Below, one piece after another: positions 12,974-24,150 of a stretch of DNA of 64,000 nucleotides. Numbering within the stretch: position 1 is the stretch's first letter; every line of letters begins with the position of its first letter. Where the stretch lies: NCBI RefSeq assembly GCF_018350175.1, contig NC_058368.1:107820001-107884000 (forward strand), written 5' to 3'. This DNA is from Felis catus (Eukaryota). Under the pieces are notes generated by a model, which was given only the letters and a program-made list of their open reading frames with translations, had not been told where the DNA came from and searched no databases. The position numbers and the translations under genes are program-made.

Positions 12974-13197
12974 GGGCACATGGGTGGCTCAGTCACTTGA
13001 GCTTCTGACTCTTGATTTCAGCCCAGGTCATGATCTCATGTTTCATGGGTTCGAGCCCTGTGTCAGGCTCTGCACTGAAAGCATGGAGCCTGCTTGGGAG
13101 CCCCCAGTGCAAGTCTTGATCTCATGAATTGTGAGATCATGTCTAGAGCCCAAACCAAGAGTCTGAGGCTTAACCAACTGAGCCACCCAGGCACCCC
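12974..13197. mobile_element. Two half CanSINEs fused tail-to-tail (+ 12974-13099, - 13098-13197)
   Basis: Both 5' heads present in opposite orientation; both CT-rich/A tails missing. Confidence 0.9.
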
Positions 13198-13519
13198 AAA
13201 GCCTCTCTTGTTTCTCAATACATGTGTCTAAGGATTCCCATTCCCCTATGTATGCTGCTTTAGTTGTATCCCACAAGTTTTTATTTGTAGTGTCTTCTTA
13301 ATGATTCATTAAAAGTACTGTGAATTTTGGATTTCAAATCCTTCTCTTACCAATGAATTATTTAGAGTGCATTTTTAAGTTTCCAGACGGTTGGGGATTT
13401 TCTAGACATCTTTTTTTGATTTCTTGCTTAATTCCACCAGAGTCAGAGAACATATTCTGAATTGTTTTAATCATGAAATTTGTTAAGGCTTGCTTTATGT
13501 TCCATACATGACCAATTTT

Positions 13520-14120
13520 GGCAAATGGGTTAAGAGGACAAGGTCTGAAATCAGACTGACTGGCTTCACAGTTAGCCTCTGCTGTTTTTCAAGCTTTGTA
13601 ATCTTTGTTAAATTATGTAACACTTCAGTGTTTTGGTTTTATCACAATAAAACAAATATATTAATATTACTGTATTAGTTTGCTAGGGCTACCATTAGAA
13701 AATAACTTACTAGGTGGATTAAACAACAGAAATTTAGTTTCTCATGGTTCTGGAGGCTCGAAGTCCAAGATCAAGATGGCAGCAAAGTTGGATTTCTCTG
13801 AGGATTCTCACCTTGGCTTGTAGATGGCTGCCCTCTTGCTGCCTCTTCACATAGTCGTCTCTGTGCACGTGCCTAAGGTGTCTCTATATCTTCTTACAAG
13901 GACACTAGTCATTCTGGTTTGAGCCCTCACCATAATGCCTTCATTGTAACTTAATCACCTCTTGAAAGACCCATTTAGTGCAAATCAATCATATTCTGAG
14001 GTTTTAGGAGTTGAGACTTAAGCCTAAGAATTTGGCCCATAACTAATTAGGATAATTACTTGAAATAATATGTACCACACAGTTATGTTAGTTGCCTGGC
14101 TCATAATAAGCATTAAAAAA
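13520..14120 (+). mobile_element. MIR split by the MLT1 LTR (13520-13670 and 14045-14120)
   Basis: GGTTAAGAG..TCAGACTG head; TGCCTGGCTCATAATAAGCATT 3' end. Confidence 0.6.
13671..14044 (-). mobile_element. MaLR solo LTR (MLT1A/B/C-like) inserted in a MIR
   Basis: TGTATTAGTTTGCTAGGGCT...AAACAACAGAAATTT..TTCTGGAGGCTCGAAGTCCAAGATCAAG...CCCATAAC; possible 5-bp TSD ATTAC/ATTAG. Confidence 0.85.
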
Positions 14121-14130
14121 AATATAAACA

Positions 14131-15059
14131 GGCTCTCGGAGGAAGATGGCGGCGTAGGAGGATGCTGGGCTCACCGCGCGTCCTGCTGATCACTTAGATT
14201 CCACCTACACCTGCCTAAATAACCCAGAAAACCACCAGAGGATTAGCAGAACGGAGTCTCCAGAGCCAAGCGCAGACGAGAGGCCCACGGAAGAGGGTAG
14301 GAAGGGCGGCGAGGCGGTGCGCGCTCCACGGACTGGCGGGAAGGAGCTGGGGCGGAGGGGCAGCTCCCCGGCCAAGCAGAGCCCCGAGTCTGGCTGGCAA
14401 AAGCGGAAGGGCCTGACGGACTGTGTTCTGACAGCAAGCGCAACTTAGCGTCTGGGAGGTCATAAGTTAACAGCTCTGCTCGGAAAGCGGGAAGGCTGGA
14501 GGACAAGGGGAGGGAGAGCTGCTGAGCCCCCGGACGACAGAGCTCAGTTTGGTGGGGAACAAAGGCGCTCGCCAGCGCCATCTCCCCCGCCCATCCCCCA
14601 GCCAAAATCCCAAAGGGAACCAGTTCCTGCCAGGGAACTTGCTCACTCCTCACAAACACCCAACTCTGTGCTTCTGTGGAGCCAAACCTCCAGCAGCAGA
14701 TCTGACTCCCTCCCGCTGCCCCAGGGCCCCTCCTGAAGTGGATCACCTAAGGAGAAGCGAGCTAAGCCTGCTCCTCCTGCCCCCGTGCACCTTGCCTACC
14801 CACCCCAGCTAATATGCCAGATCCTCAGCATCACAAGCCTGGCAGTGTGCAAGTAGCCCAGACGGGCCACGCCACCCCACAGTGAATCCCGCCCCTAGGA
14901 GAGGGGAAGAGAAGGCACACACCAGTCTGACTGTGGCCCCAGCGGTGGGCTGGGGGCAGACATCAGGTCTGACTGTGGCCCCGCCCACCAACTCCAGTTA
15001 TACACCACAGCACAGGGGAAGTGCCCTGCAGGTCCTCACCACGCCAGGGACTATCCAAA
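14131..15059 (+). promoter_or_regulatory. L1 internal Pol II promoter / 5'UTR CpG-rich region with YY1 site
   Basis: AAGATGGCGGC (YY1 consensus) at 14143-14153, 12 nt from the element start as in other mammalian L1s; many retained CpGs. Confidence 0.85.
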
Positions 15060-15951
15060 ATGACCAAGCGGAAGAATTCCCCTCAGAAGAATCTCCAGGA
15101 AATAACAACAGCTAATGAGCTGATCAAAAAGGATTTAAATAATATAACAGAAAGTGAATTTAGAATAATAGTCATAAAATTAATCGCTGGGCTTGAAAAC
15201 AGTATAGAGGACAGCAGAGAATCTCTTGCTACAGAGATCAAGGGACTAAGGAACAGTCATGAGGAGCTGAAAAACGCTTTAAACGAAATGCAAAACAAAA
15301 TGGAAACCACCATGGCTCGGATTGAAGAGGCAGAGGAGAGAATAGGTGAACTAGAAGATAAAGTTATGGAAAAAGAGGAAGGTGAGAAAAAGAGATAAAA
15401 AAAAAACAGGAGTATGAGGGGAAAATTAGAGAACTAAGTGATACACTAAAAAGAAATAATATACGCATAATTGGTATCCCAGAGGAGGAAGAGAGAGGGA
15501 AAGGTGCTGAAGGGGTACTTGAAGAAATTATAGCTAAGAACTTCCCTGAACTGGGGAAGGAAAAAGGCATTGAAATCCAAGAGGCACAGAGAACTCCCTT
15601 CAGACGTAACTTGAATCGATCTTCTGCACGACATGTCATAGTGAAACTGGCAAAATACAAGGATAAAGAGAAAATTCTGAAGTAGCAAGGGATAAACGTG
15701 CCCTCACATATAAAGGGAGACCTATAAGACTCCTGACTGATCTCTCTTTTGAAACTTGGCAGGCCAGAAAGGATTGGCACGAGATTTTCAGTGTGCTAGA
15801 CAGAAAAAATATGCAGCCGAGAATCCTTTATCCAGCAAGTATGTCATTTAGAATAGAAGGAGAGATAAAGGTCTTCCCAAACAAACAATAACTGAAGGAA
15901 TTTGCCACCACTAAACCAGCCCTACAAGAGATCCTAAGGGGGACCCTGTGA
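15060..15951 (+). pseudogene. L1 ORF1p (coiled-coil/RRM/CTD RNA-binding protein), disrupted
   Basis: ATG at 15060 (MTKRKNSPQK...), coiled-coil heptads, NNIRIIGIPEEEE and MQPRILYPA motifs; lesions at ~15395-15406, frameshift ~15680, TAA at 15889; native TGA 15949-15951. Confidence 0.92.
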
Positions 15952-16001
15952 GACAAAGTCCCAGAGACATCACTACAAGCATAAAACATACAGACATCAC
16001 A

Positions 16002-19000
16002 ATGACTCTAAACCCGTATCTTTCTATAATAACACTGAATGTAAATGGATTAAATGCGCCAACCAAAAGACATAGGGTATCAGAATGGATAAAAAAAACA
16101 AGACCCATCTATTTGCTCTCTACAAGAGACTCATTTTAGACCTGAAGACACCTTTAGATTGAGAGTGAGGGAGAACTATTTATCATGCTACTGGAAGCCA
16201 AAAGAAAGCTGGAGTAGCCATACTTATATCAGACAAACTAGACTTTAAGTTAAAGGCTGTAACAAGAGATGAAGAAGGACATTGTATAATAGTTACAGGG
16301 TCTATCCATCAGGAAGAGCTAACAATTATAAATGTCTATGTGCCGAATACCGGAGCCCCCAAATATATAAAACAATTACTCATAAACATAAGCAACCTTA
16401 TTGAGAAGAATGTGGTAATTGCAGGGGACTTTAACACCCCACTTACAGAAATGGATAGATCATCTAGACACACAGTCAATAAAGAAACAAGGGCCCTGAA
16501 TGATACATTGGATCAGATGGACTTGACAGATATATTTAGAACTCTGCATCCCAAAGCAATAGAATATACTTTCTTCTCGAGTGCACATGGAACATTCTCC
16601 AAGATAGATCATATACTGGGTCACAAAACAGCCCTTCATAAGTTTACAAGAATTGAAATTATACCATGCATACTTTCAGACCACAATGCTATGAAGCTTG
16701 AAATCAACCACAGGAAAAAGTCTGGAAAACCTCCAAAAGCATGGAGGTTAAAGAACACCCTACTAACGAATGAGTGGGTCAACCAGGCAATTAGAGAAGA
16801 AATTAAAAAATATATGGAAACAAACGAAAATGAAAATACAACAATCCAAACGCTTTGGGACGCAGCGAAGGCAGTCCTGAGAGGAAAATACATTGCAATC
16901 CAGGCCTATCTCAAGAAACAAGAAACATCCCAAATACAAAATCTAACAGCACACCTAAAGGAACTAGAAGCAGAACAGCAAAGGCAGCCTAAACCCAGCA
17001 GAAGAAGAGAAATAATAAAGATCAGAGCAGAAATAAACAATATAGAATCTAAAAAACTGTAGAGCAGATCAACGAAACCAAGAGTTGGTTTTTTGAAAAA
17101 ATAAACAAAATTGACAAACCTCTAGCCAGGCTTCTCAAAAAGAAAAGGGAGATGACCCAAATAGATAAAATCATGAATGAAAATGGAATTATTACAACCA
17201 ATCCCTCAGAGATAGAAACAATTATCAGGGAATACTATGAAAAATTATATGCCAACAAATTGGACAACCTGGAAGAAATGGACAAATTCCTAAACACCCA
17301 CACACTTCCAAAACTCAATCAGGAGGAAATAGAAAGCTTGAACAGACCCATAACCAGTGAAGAAATTGAATCGGTTATCAAAAATCTCCCAACAAATAAG
17401 AGTCCAGGACCAGATGGCTTCCCAGGGGAGTTCTACCAGACGTTTAAAGCAGAGATAATACCTATCCTTCTCAAGCTATTCCAAGAAATAGAAAGCAAAG
17501 GAAAACTTCCAGACTCATTCTATGAAGCCAGTATTACTTTGATTCCTAAACCAGACAGAGACCCAGTAAAAAAAGAGAACTACAGGCCAATATCCCTGAT
17601 GAATATGGATGCAAAAATTCTCAATAAGATACTAGCAAATCGAATTCAACAGCATATAAAAAGAATTATTCACCATGACCAAGTGGGATTCATTCCTGGG
17701 ATGCAGGGCTGGTTCAACATTCACAAATCAATCAACGTGATACATCACATTAACAAAAAAAAAAGAGAAGAACGATATGATCCTGTCAATCGATGCAGAA
17801 AAGGCCTTTGACAAAATCCAGCACCCTTTCTTAATAAAAACCCTTGAGAAAGTCGGGATAGAAGGAACATACTTAAAGATCATAAAAGCTATTTATGAAA
17901 AGCCCACAGCTAACATCATCCTCAATGGGGAAAAACTGAGAGCTTTTTCCCTGAGATCAGGAACACGACAGGGATGCCCACTCTCACCGCTGTTGTTTAA
18001 CATAGTGCTGGAAGTTCTAGCATCAGCAATCAGACAACAAAAGGAGATCAAAGGCATCAAAATTGGCAAAGATGAAGTCAAGCTTTCACTTTTTGCAGAT
18101 GACATGATATTATACATGGAAAATCCAATAGATTCCACCAAAAGTCTGCTATAACTGATACATGAATTCAGCAAAGTTGCAGGATACAAAATCAATGTAC
18201 AGAAATCAGTTGCATTCTTATACACTAATAATGAAGCAACAGAAAGACAAATAAAGAAACTGATCCCATTCACAATTGCACCAAGAAGCATAAAATACCT
18301 AGGAATAAATCTAACCAAAGATGTAAAAGATCTGTATGCTGAAAACTATAGAAAGCTTATGAAGGTAATTGAAGATTTAAAGAAATGGAAAGACATTCCC
18401 TGCTCATGGATTGGAAGAATATATATTGTCAAAATGTCAATACTACCCAAAGCTATCTACACATTCAATGCAATCCCAATCAAAATTGCACCAGCATTCT
18501 TCTCGAAACTAGAACAAGCAATCCTAAAATTCATATGGAACCACAAAAGGCCCCAAATAGCCAAAGTAATGTTGAAGAAGAAGACCAAAGCAGGAGGCAT
18601 CACAATCCCAGACTTTAGCCTCTACTACAAAGCTGTCATCATCAAGACAGCATGGTATTGGCACAAAAACAGACACATAGACCAATGGAATAGAATAGAA
18701 ACCCCAGAACTAGACCCACAAACGTATGGCCAACTCATCTTTGACAAAGCAGGAAAGAACATCCAACGGAAAAAAGAGAGTCTCTTTAACAAATGGTGCC
18801 GGGAGAACTGGACAGCAACATGCAGAAGGTTGAAACTAGACCACTTTCTCACACCATTCACAAAAATAAACTCAAAATGGATAAAGGACCTGAATGTGAG
18901 ACAGGAAACCATCAAAACCTTAGAGGAGAAAGCAGGAAAAGACCTCTCTGACCTCAGCCGTAGCAATCTCTTACTCGACACATCCCCAAAGGCAAGGGAA

Positions 19001-19819
19001 TTAAAAGCAAAAGTGAATTACTGGGACCTTATGAAGATAAAAAGCTTCTGCACAGCAAAGGAAACAACCAACAAAACTAAAAGGCAACCAATGGAATGGG
19101 AAAAGATATTTGCAAATGACATATCAGACAAAGAGCTAGTATCCAAAATCTATAAAGAGCTCACCAAACTCCACACCCGAAAAACAAATAACCCAGTGAA
19201 GAAATGGGCAGAAAACATGAATAGACACTTCTCTAAAGAAGACATCCGGATGGCCAACAGGCACATGAAAAGATGTTCAACGTCGCTCCTTATCAGGGAA
19301 ATACAAATCAAAACCACACTCAGCTATCACCTCACGCCAGTCAGAGTGGCCAAAATGAACAAATCAGGAGACTCTAGATGCTGGAGAGGATGTGGAGAAA
19401 CGGGAACCCTCTTGCACTGTTGGTGGCAATGCAAATTGGTGCAGCCGCTCTGGAAAGCAGTGTGGAGGTTCCTCAGAAAATTAAAAATAGACCTACCCTA
19501 TGACCCAGCAATAGCACTGCGAGGAATTTATCCAAGGGATACAGGAGTACTGATGCATAGGGGCACTTGTACCCCAATGTTTATAGCAGCACTCTCAACA
19601 ATAGCCAAATTATGGAAAGAGCCTAAATGTCCATTAACTGATGAATGGATAAAGAAATTGTGGTTTATATACACAATGGAATACTATGTGGCAATGAGAA
19701 AAAATGAAATATGGCCTTTTGTAGCAACGTGGATGGAACTGGAGAGTGTGATGCTAAGTGAAATAAGCCATACAGAGAAAGACAGATACCATATGGTTTC
19801 ACTCTTATGTGGATCCTGA
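16002..19819 (+). pseudogene. L1 ORF2p (APE endonuclease, reverse transcriptase, Cys-rich C-terminus), disrupted
   Basis: ITLNVNGLN, GDFN, SDHN (EN); QGCPLSP and LFADDM (RT); HCWW (C-domain); split across ORF-track pieces 15948-16139, 16340-17062, 17152-17811, 17777-18154, 18359-19819 by indels at ~16095, ~16170, ~17055, ~17760 and TAA at 18152. Confidence 0.95.
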
Positions 19820-20384
19820 GAAACTTAACAGAAACCCATGGGGGAGGGGAAGGAAAAAAAAAAAAAGAGGTTAGAGTGGGAGAGAGCTAAAGCATAAGAG
19901 ACTGTTAAAAACTGAGAACAAACTGAGGGTTGATGGGGGGTGGGAGGGAGGAGAGGGTGGGTGATGGGTATTGAGGAGGGCACCTTTTGGGATGAGCACT
20001 GGGTGTTGTATGGAAACCAATTTGACAATAAATTTCATATATTAAATATATATATATATAAACAATTTTTATTTATGTTTACATATATTTGAGTTTATAT
20101 ACATGATCATATTGGAATTTTTTATTGTAGTCACATTTATTGGTGTGACATTTATCTTTGTTCTTAGCTTTGTCATATAACATTGTCATTTCTGTTTCTC
20201 AAATTATCGTTTTATCTTTTACTATCTGGCTGCACTTTGACTACTTTCTGTATGTGTATTTCCATTCTCATAATTTACAAGGCCTTTATTTTTAAAAATT
20301 TATAACAACAAATATCAATGGCAACATTATGAATTGAAATTTAAATTTCTAAGACTGACAAACTGTCTTATGTCTGTGCTTTTT

Positions 20385-20545
20385 AGTGCAGGAGCTACTA
20401 TCCACATGTTGGATATCAAGCACTTGAACTATGGCTAGTTTAACTTGAACTATGGCTAGAGAAACTGAATTTTTAAATATTCATTTTAATTAATGTAAAT
20501 TTAAATATTCACAAGTGACTCGTGGCTACCTTATTGGACAATAGA
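20385..20545. mobile_element. hAT-Charlie MITE (MER3/MER33-like)
   Basis: GCACTTGAA..TGGCTAG..GAAACTGAATTTTTAA..GTGGCTACCTTATTGGACA. Confidence 0.7.
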
Positions 20546-20599
20546 GATCTGTGGTATATTCAGTTCTTTATTTCATTAAACAGTATTCACTAACTCCCA

Positions 20600-21009
20600 T
20601 CTATGAGTACACTTCCATTCTTCCTATCTTCATTATTTTTTCCCTCTCTCCTCCTGGTTGCGGTTAGTGTTCTTTGCCATATAATACAGTTCTCTCATTT
20701 TGAGCGTGTGGGAGGATTGCTTTTTCAGATAATCTTGTGTTTAGGAGAGTTCCAGTGATGAATTCTAGCCAATGAGTTGTGAGCAGAAATGACATTACTG
20801 ATGTGAGACGTTTTCTTCTGTCATAAGTCTGGTAATGTTTCCGAATGTGGTTTTCTGTCAGTTTGTGTAGGAGTAAAGATGATGTAGAATAGAATCACAG
20901 TGTACCCATGATGGGCATTTCACATGAGTGTGAAATAAAACTTTATCACGTTAAACGATTGGGATTTGGGAACTGTTTCAACCCAGTCTAGTCTGCCTTG
21001 ATTGATACA
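20600..21009 (+). mobile_element. Old MaLR LTR (MLT1J/H-like)
   Basis: TTCTAGCCAATGAGTTGTGAGCAGAAATGAC; GAAATAAAACTTT; terminal TGATTGATACA. Confidence 0.65.
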
Positions 21010-21399
21010 CTCCATTACTTTCTTTGTCAGCATAAAATCTGTTGACATATCTTTAAAAGAAATCAACCCGTTTGCAAGCCTGTCAACTTTTACTTCTTTT
21101 TCCATATGGTTGTTAGCTATATTGTTTACAAGTAACAATAATATTTTTAAAAAGTGTGTTCTCTTCTTAACTATAATCTCCAAAACTGTTTTATTCTTAG
21201 TCTTTCAACTAAATTACTTCATTTTGCTTCAGTTTTTACATTTATCTTTTAGTTAACAGAGACATGGAATGAGTCTCAGAAAGCAGTAAGAATGACTTCA
21301 TTCTTACTTACTTAGTGGTGGTACAATAATAGAAAGTGGTAAGAATAAAACATTAAAAATTGGGAAACCATAGATACAAAATGTGGCAGTATTTACCTA

Positions 21400-22130
21400 G
21401 TGATCTTCATGGGAGACAATACCCTAATAATATTTTCAAGAAAGCCTCATAGAAGTTGATTTCTTGATTTTTTGAATGTGGAACTTACACATAAAAGATA
21501 GTTTGGCCATAATATAAAACTATTGGGTTATCCCTTCCCTGCTTGTTCTCCAAAGACTTTTAGATGTTTCTCCAAGTCATCTGTCTTTGAATCAGTCTGT
21601 TGATCAAACTCCAAGTTGATTTTTTTCTGCCCTGACAAATAACCTAATTGTGTTTCTTAAACATCCACAAAATTCTTTCTTTGCTTTTGAAGGCTAGTGT
21701 TTCAGTGTTGATGGTTCTATGATGATATTCCTATGGCATAATAAGTCCTTCTAATCTATAAATTCAACTAGGCTTTTATTTATGGAAACTTTTAGGAGTC
21801 TCCAGTTACATATGTATTGGATCATCCACATTCATCACTTATCTAATAATTTTGAACTCATGATTTGAATTTTTTTGTTCATATTTCTCATTCTATTATG
21901 AATCTCATTGTATTATCGTCATTAGTTATTATTAGTTTCAGAGTGAGTTAGTTATTCCAGTGAGGTCTACAATTTATGTTACTATGTGTTTCTTTCTTCA
22001 CTTCTGCCAGCTCCTGTTTTATCTCTTCTTTTTCAGTAATTTCTCAGAAGTCCTGATTATTTCATCAAGTTATTTAAGTTTATAATGATGCCATTGGTTA
22101 TAATTTTAATCTGATAAATTTCTTCAGTTA
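21400..22130 (-). mobile_element. Very degraded L1M fragment (ORF1 region)
   Basis: AAAGATAGTTTGGCCATAATATAAAACTATTGGGTT and CTCCAGTTACATATGTATTGGAT resemble antisense L1M. Confidence 0.4.
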
Positions 22131-22875
22131 TATCCCCAACTCTAGTCTCCAGTAGTATCTATCACATCATCCTTCATAATATTCACTGCTAGCTCAAATT
22201 TCTTTGTGTTCTTGTTTTATCTGTTCATTACATATCTTCCCAGTATAATTAAAGATAATTGCAGACTGAAACTTCTCCTGTCTTTCACATTTAGTCCTTT
22301 ATCCTAGAAGCTTAATTTAGGTTAATACATAGTAGGCAATGAATGAAGGGGTAACTTCTTAGTGAATTTCTTTATATTGAGGCTCATTTTGATGGATAAG
22401 AGTCATAATACCTCTCAAACTACTGTTATAGATTTGAGGGGATATCAAATAATCCACAAAACTTGAGACTGTTAGTTGTGTGTTTTTAAATCTTGTATTG
22501 CACACAATATAAAACTTTCACTTGTGGTCAAAGCATTGTATCAGGAACAAATAATAACATTTTTGTGTAACCCTAGCTAAGGTAAAGTTTGATAAGGCAG
22601 TTCTAGATACAACAGTTTTCCTCACAAGCTCCCACAAGTCAAAATGTTAAAGCCTGGTGGACTTCCCTTACCTACCCAAACCTGACAAAACCTAACAGCA
22701 ACTCTCTTCATTTCATGAAAAGTGGAATCCAGTAACACATATTTCTATCTTTCTATGCTTCACTCTTTCTTATCATAGAAATGTGAACATATTTGCTTAA
22801 GTAAAAGTAACATTTTTGGATATCTACTGCCTACCAGATACTGTGATAAATGCTTTTATATTAAAAAAAAATAAT

Positions 22876-23589
22876 GGTTCCCGTTTCTCCACATCCTCTC
22901 CAGCATCTATAGTCTCCTGATTTGTTCATTTTGGCCACTCTGACTGGCGTGAGGTGATAGCTGAGTGTGGTTTTGATTTGTATTTCCCTGATAAGGAGCG
23001 ACGTTGAACATCTTTTCATGTGCCTGTTGGCCATCCAGATGTCTTCCTTAGAGAAGTGTCTATTCATGTTTTCTGCCCATTTCTTCACTGGGTTATTTGT
23101 TTTTCAGGTGTGGAGTTTGGTGAGCTCTTTATAGATTTTGGATACTAGCTCTTTGTCTGATATGTCATTTGCAAATATCTTTTCCCATTCCGTTGGTTGC
23201 CTTTTAGTTTTGTTGGTTGTTTCCTTTGCTGTGCAGAAGCTTTTTATCTTCATAAGGTCCCAGTAATTCACTTTTGCTTTTAATTCCCTTGCCTTTGGGG
23301 ATGTGTCGAGTAAGAGATTGCTACGGCTGAGGTCAGAGAGGTCTTTTCCTGCTTTCTCCTCTAAGGTTTTGATGGTTTCCTGTCTCACATTCAGGTCCTT
23401 TATCCATTTTGAATTTATTTTTGTGAATGGTGTGAGCAAGTGGTCTAGTTTCAACCTTCTGCATGTTGCTGTCCAGTTCTCCCAGCACCATTTGTTAAAG
23501 AGACTGTCTTTTTCCAATTTGACAATAAATTTCATATATTGAAAAAAATAAAATAAAATAAAATAAAAATTTGAAATCCGAAGAATGAA

Positions 23590-23630
<41 letters not shown>
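22876..23630. mobile_element. Young 5'-inverted L1 with short 3' transduction
   Basis: 22876-23516 is antisense ORF2 (equivalent to 18767-19408 of the full-length copy); 23514-23540 is the sense L1 terminus; two A-rich tails; TSD AAATAATGG at 22869-22877 and 23631-23639. Confidence 0.93.
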
Positions 23631-23637
<7 letters not shown>

Positions 23638-23951
23638 GGGTTTGTCTAATAGAATAGGAATTATTTACTGGTAACCCAAATTAGAATACTTAGGCTGTTT
23701 GCTGTGGGCAGACAGTTAATTAGTAGGTAGTAGCATGAGATTTAGGCATACTAATGAATTAAAACTTGTAAATGGCCTTTTTACTATTTTAGAAGTTGCT
23801 AGAAATTTTCCTCAAATTTCATGCAGATGAATATTGATTTTATATATATTATTGCCATATTTTAACTTTAATGATTTTTAATGATTAGTAAACATGTTTC
23901 TTTTTGTCTGAGTAAAATCTTACTAATTCAAGCATGAAATCAGTTACTTTA

Positions 23952-24150
23952 GGGGCACCTGGATGGCTCAGTCAGTTAAGCATCTGATTTCAGCTCAGAA
24001 TATAATCTCACAGTCGATGAGTTCAAGCCCTGCATCAGGCTCAGAGTCTGGAGCCTGTTTCAGATTTTGTGTGTGTCTTTCTCTATCCCTCCTCTGCTCA
24101 CACCCTGTGTCTCAAACATAAAATACAAACAAAAAAATAATTTAAAAAAG
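23952..24150 (+). mobile_element. CanSINE
   Basis: TSD AAATCAGTTACTTTA / AAATCAATTACTTTA. Confidence 0.92.

Larger units (their letters stand above)
9640..13505 (-). mobile_element. Old L1M relics (several nested fragments)
   Basis: T-rich degenerate antisense L1 3'UTR/ORF2 motifs, e.g. TTTGCATTTCCCTGATGA, GCAAATATCTTCTCCCAG, GCTGCTTTAGTTGTATCCCACAA. Confidence 0.8.
14131..20055 (+). mobile_element. Full-length felid LINE-1 (L1_Fc-like), retrotransposition-defective
   Basis: GC/CpG-rich 5'UTR (14131-15059), ORF1, 50-nt spacer, ORF2 with EN/RT/C-terminal domains, G-rich 3'UTR, AATAAA near 20027; TSD core ATATAAACA at 14122-14130 and 20056-20064. Confidence 0.97.

Noticed and set aside
17893..18318. 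Antisense ORFs within L1 coding regions (also 15364-15780, 18625-18981)
   Set aside because: Expected shadows of A-rich L1 codon usage, recurring in the other L1 copies.
18359..19819. 486-aa ORF as a standalone or domesticated gene
   Set aside because: It is the distal remnant of L1 ORF2 downstream of a nonsense codon; no sign of separate expression signals.
19928..19970. G-quadruplex-forming tract
   Set aside because: Real, but a standard feature of mammalian L1 3'UTRs.
20044..20100. Full-length L1 as donor of the 22.9 kb insertion
   Set aside because: Its 3' flank does not contain the TTTGAAATCCGAAGAATG tag carried by that insertion.
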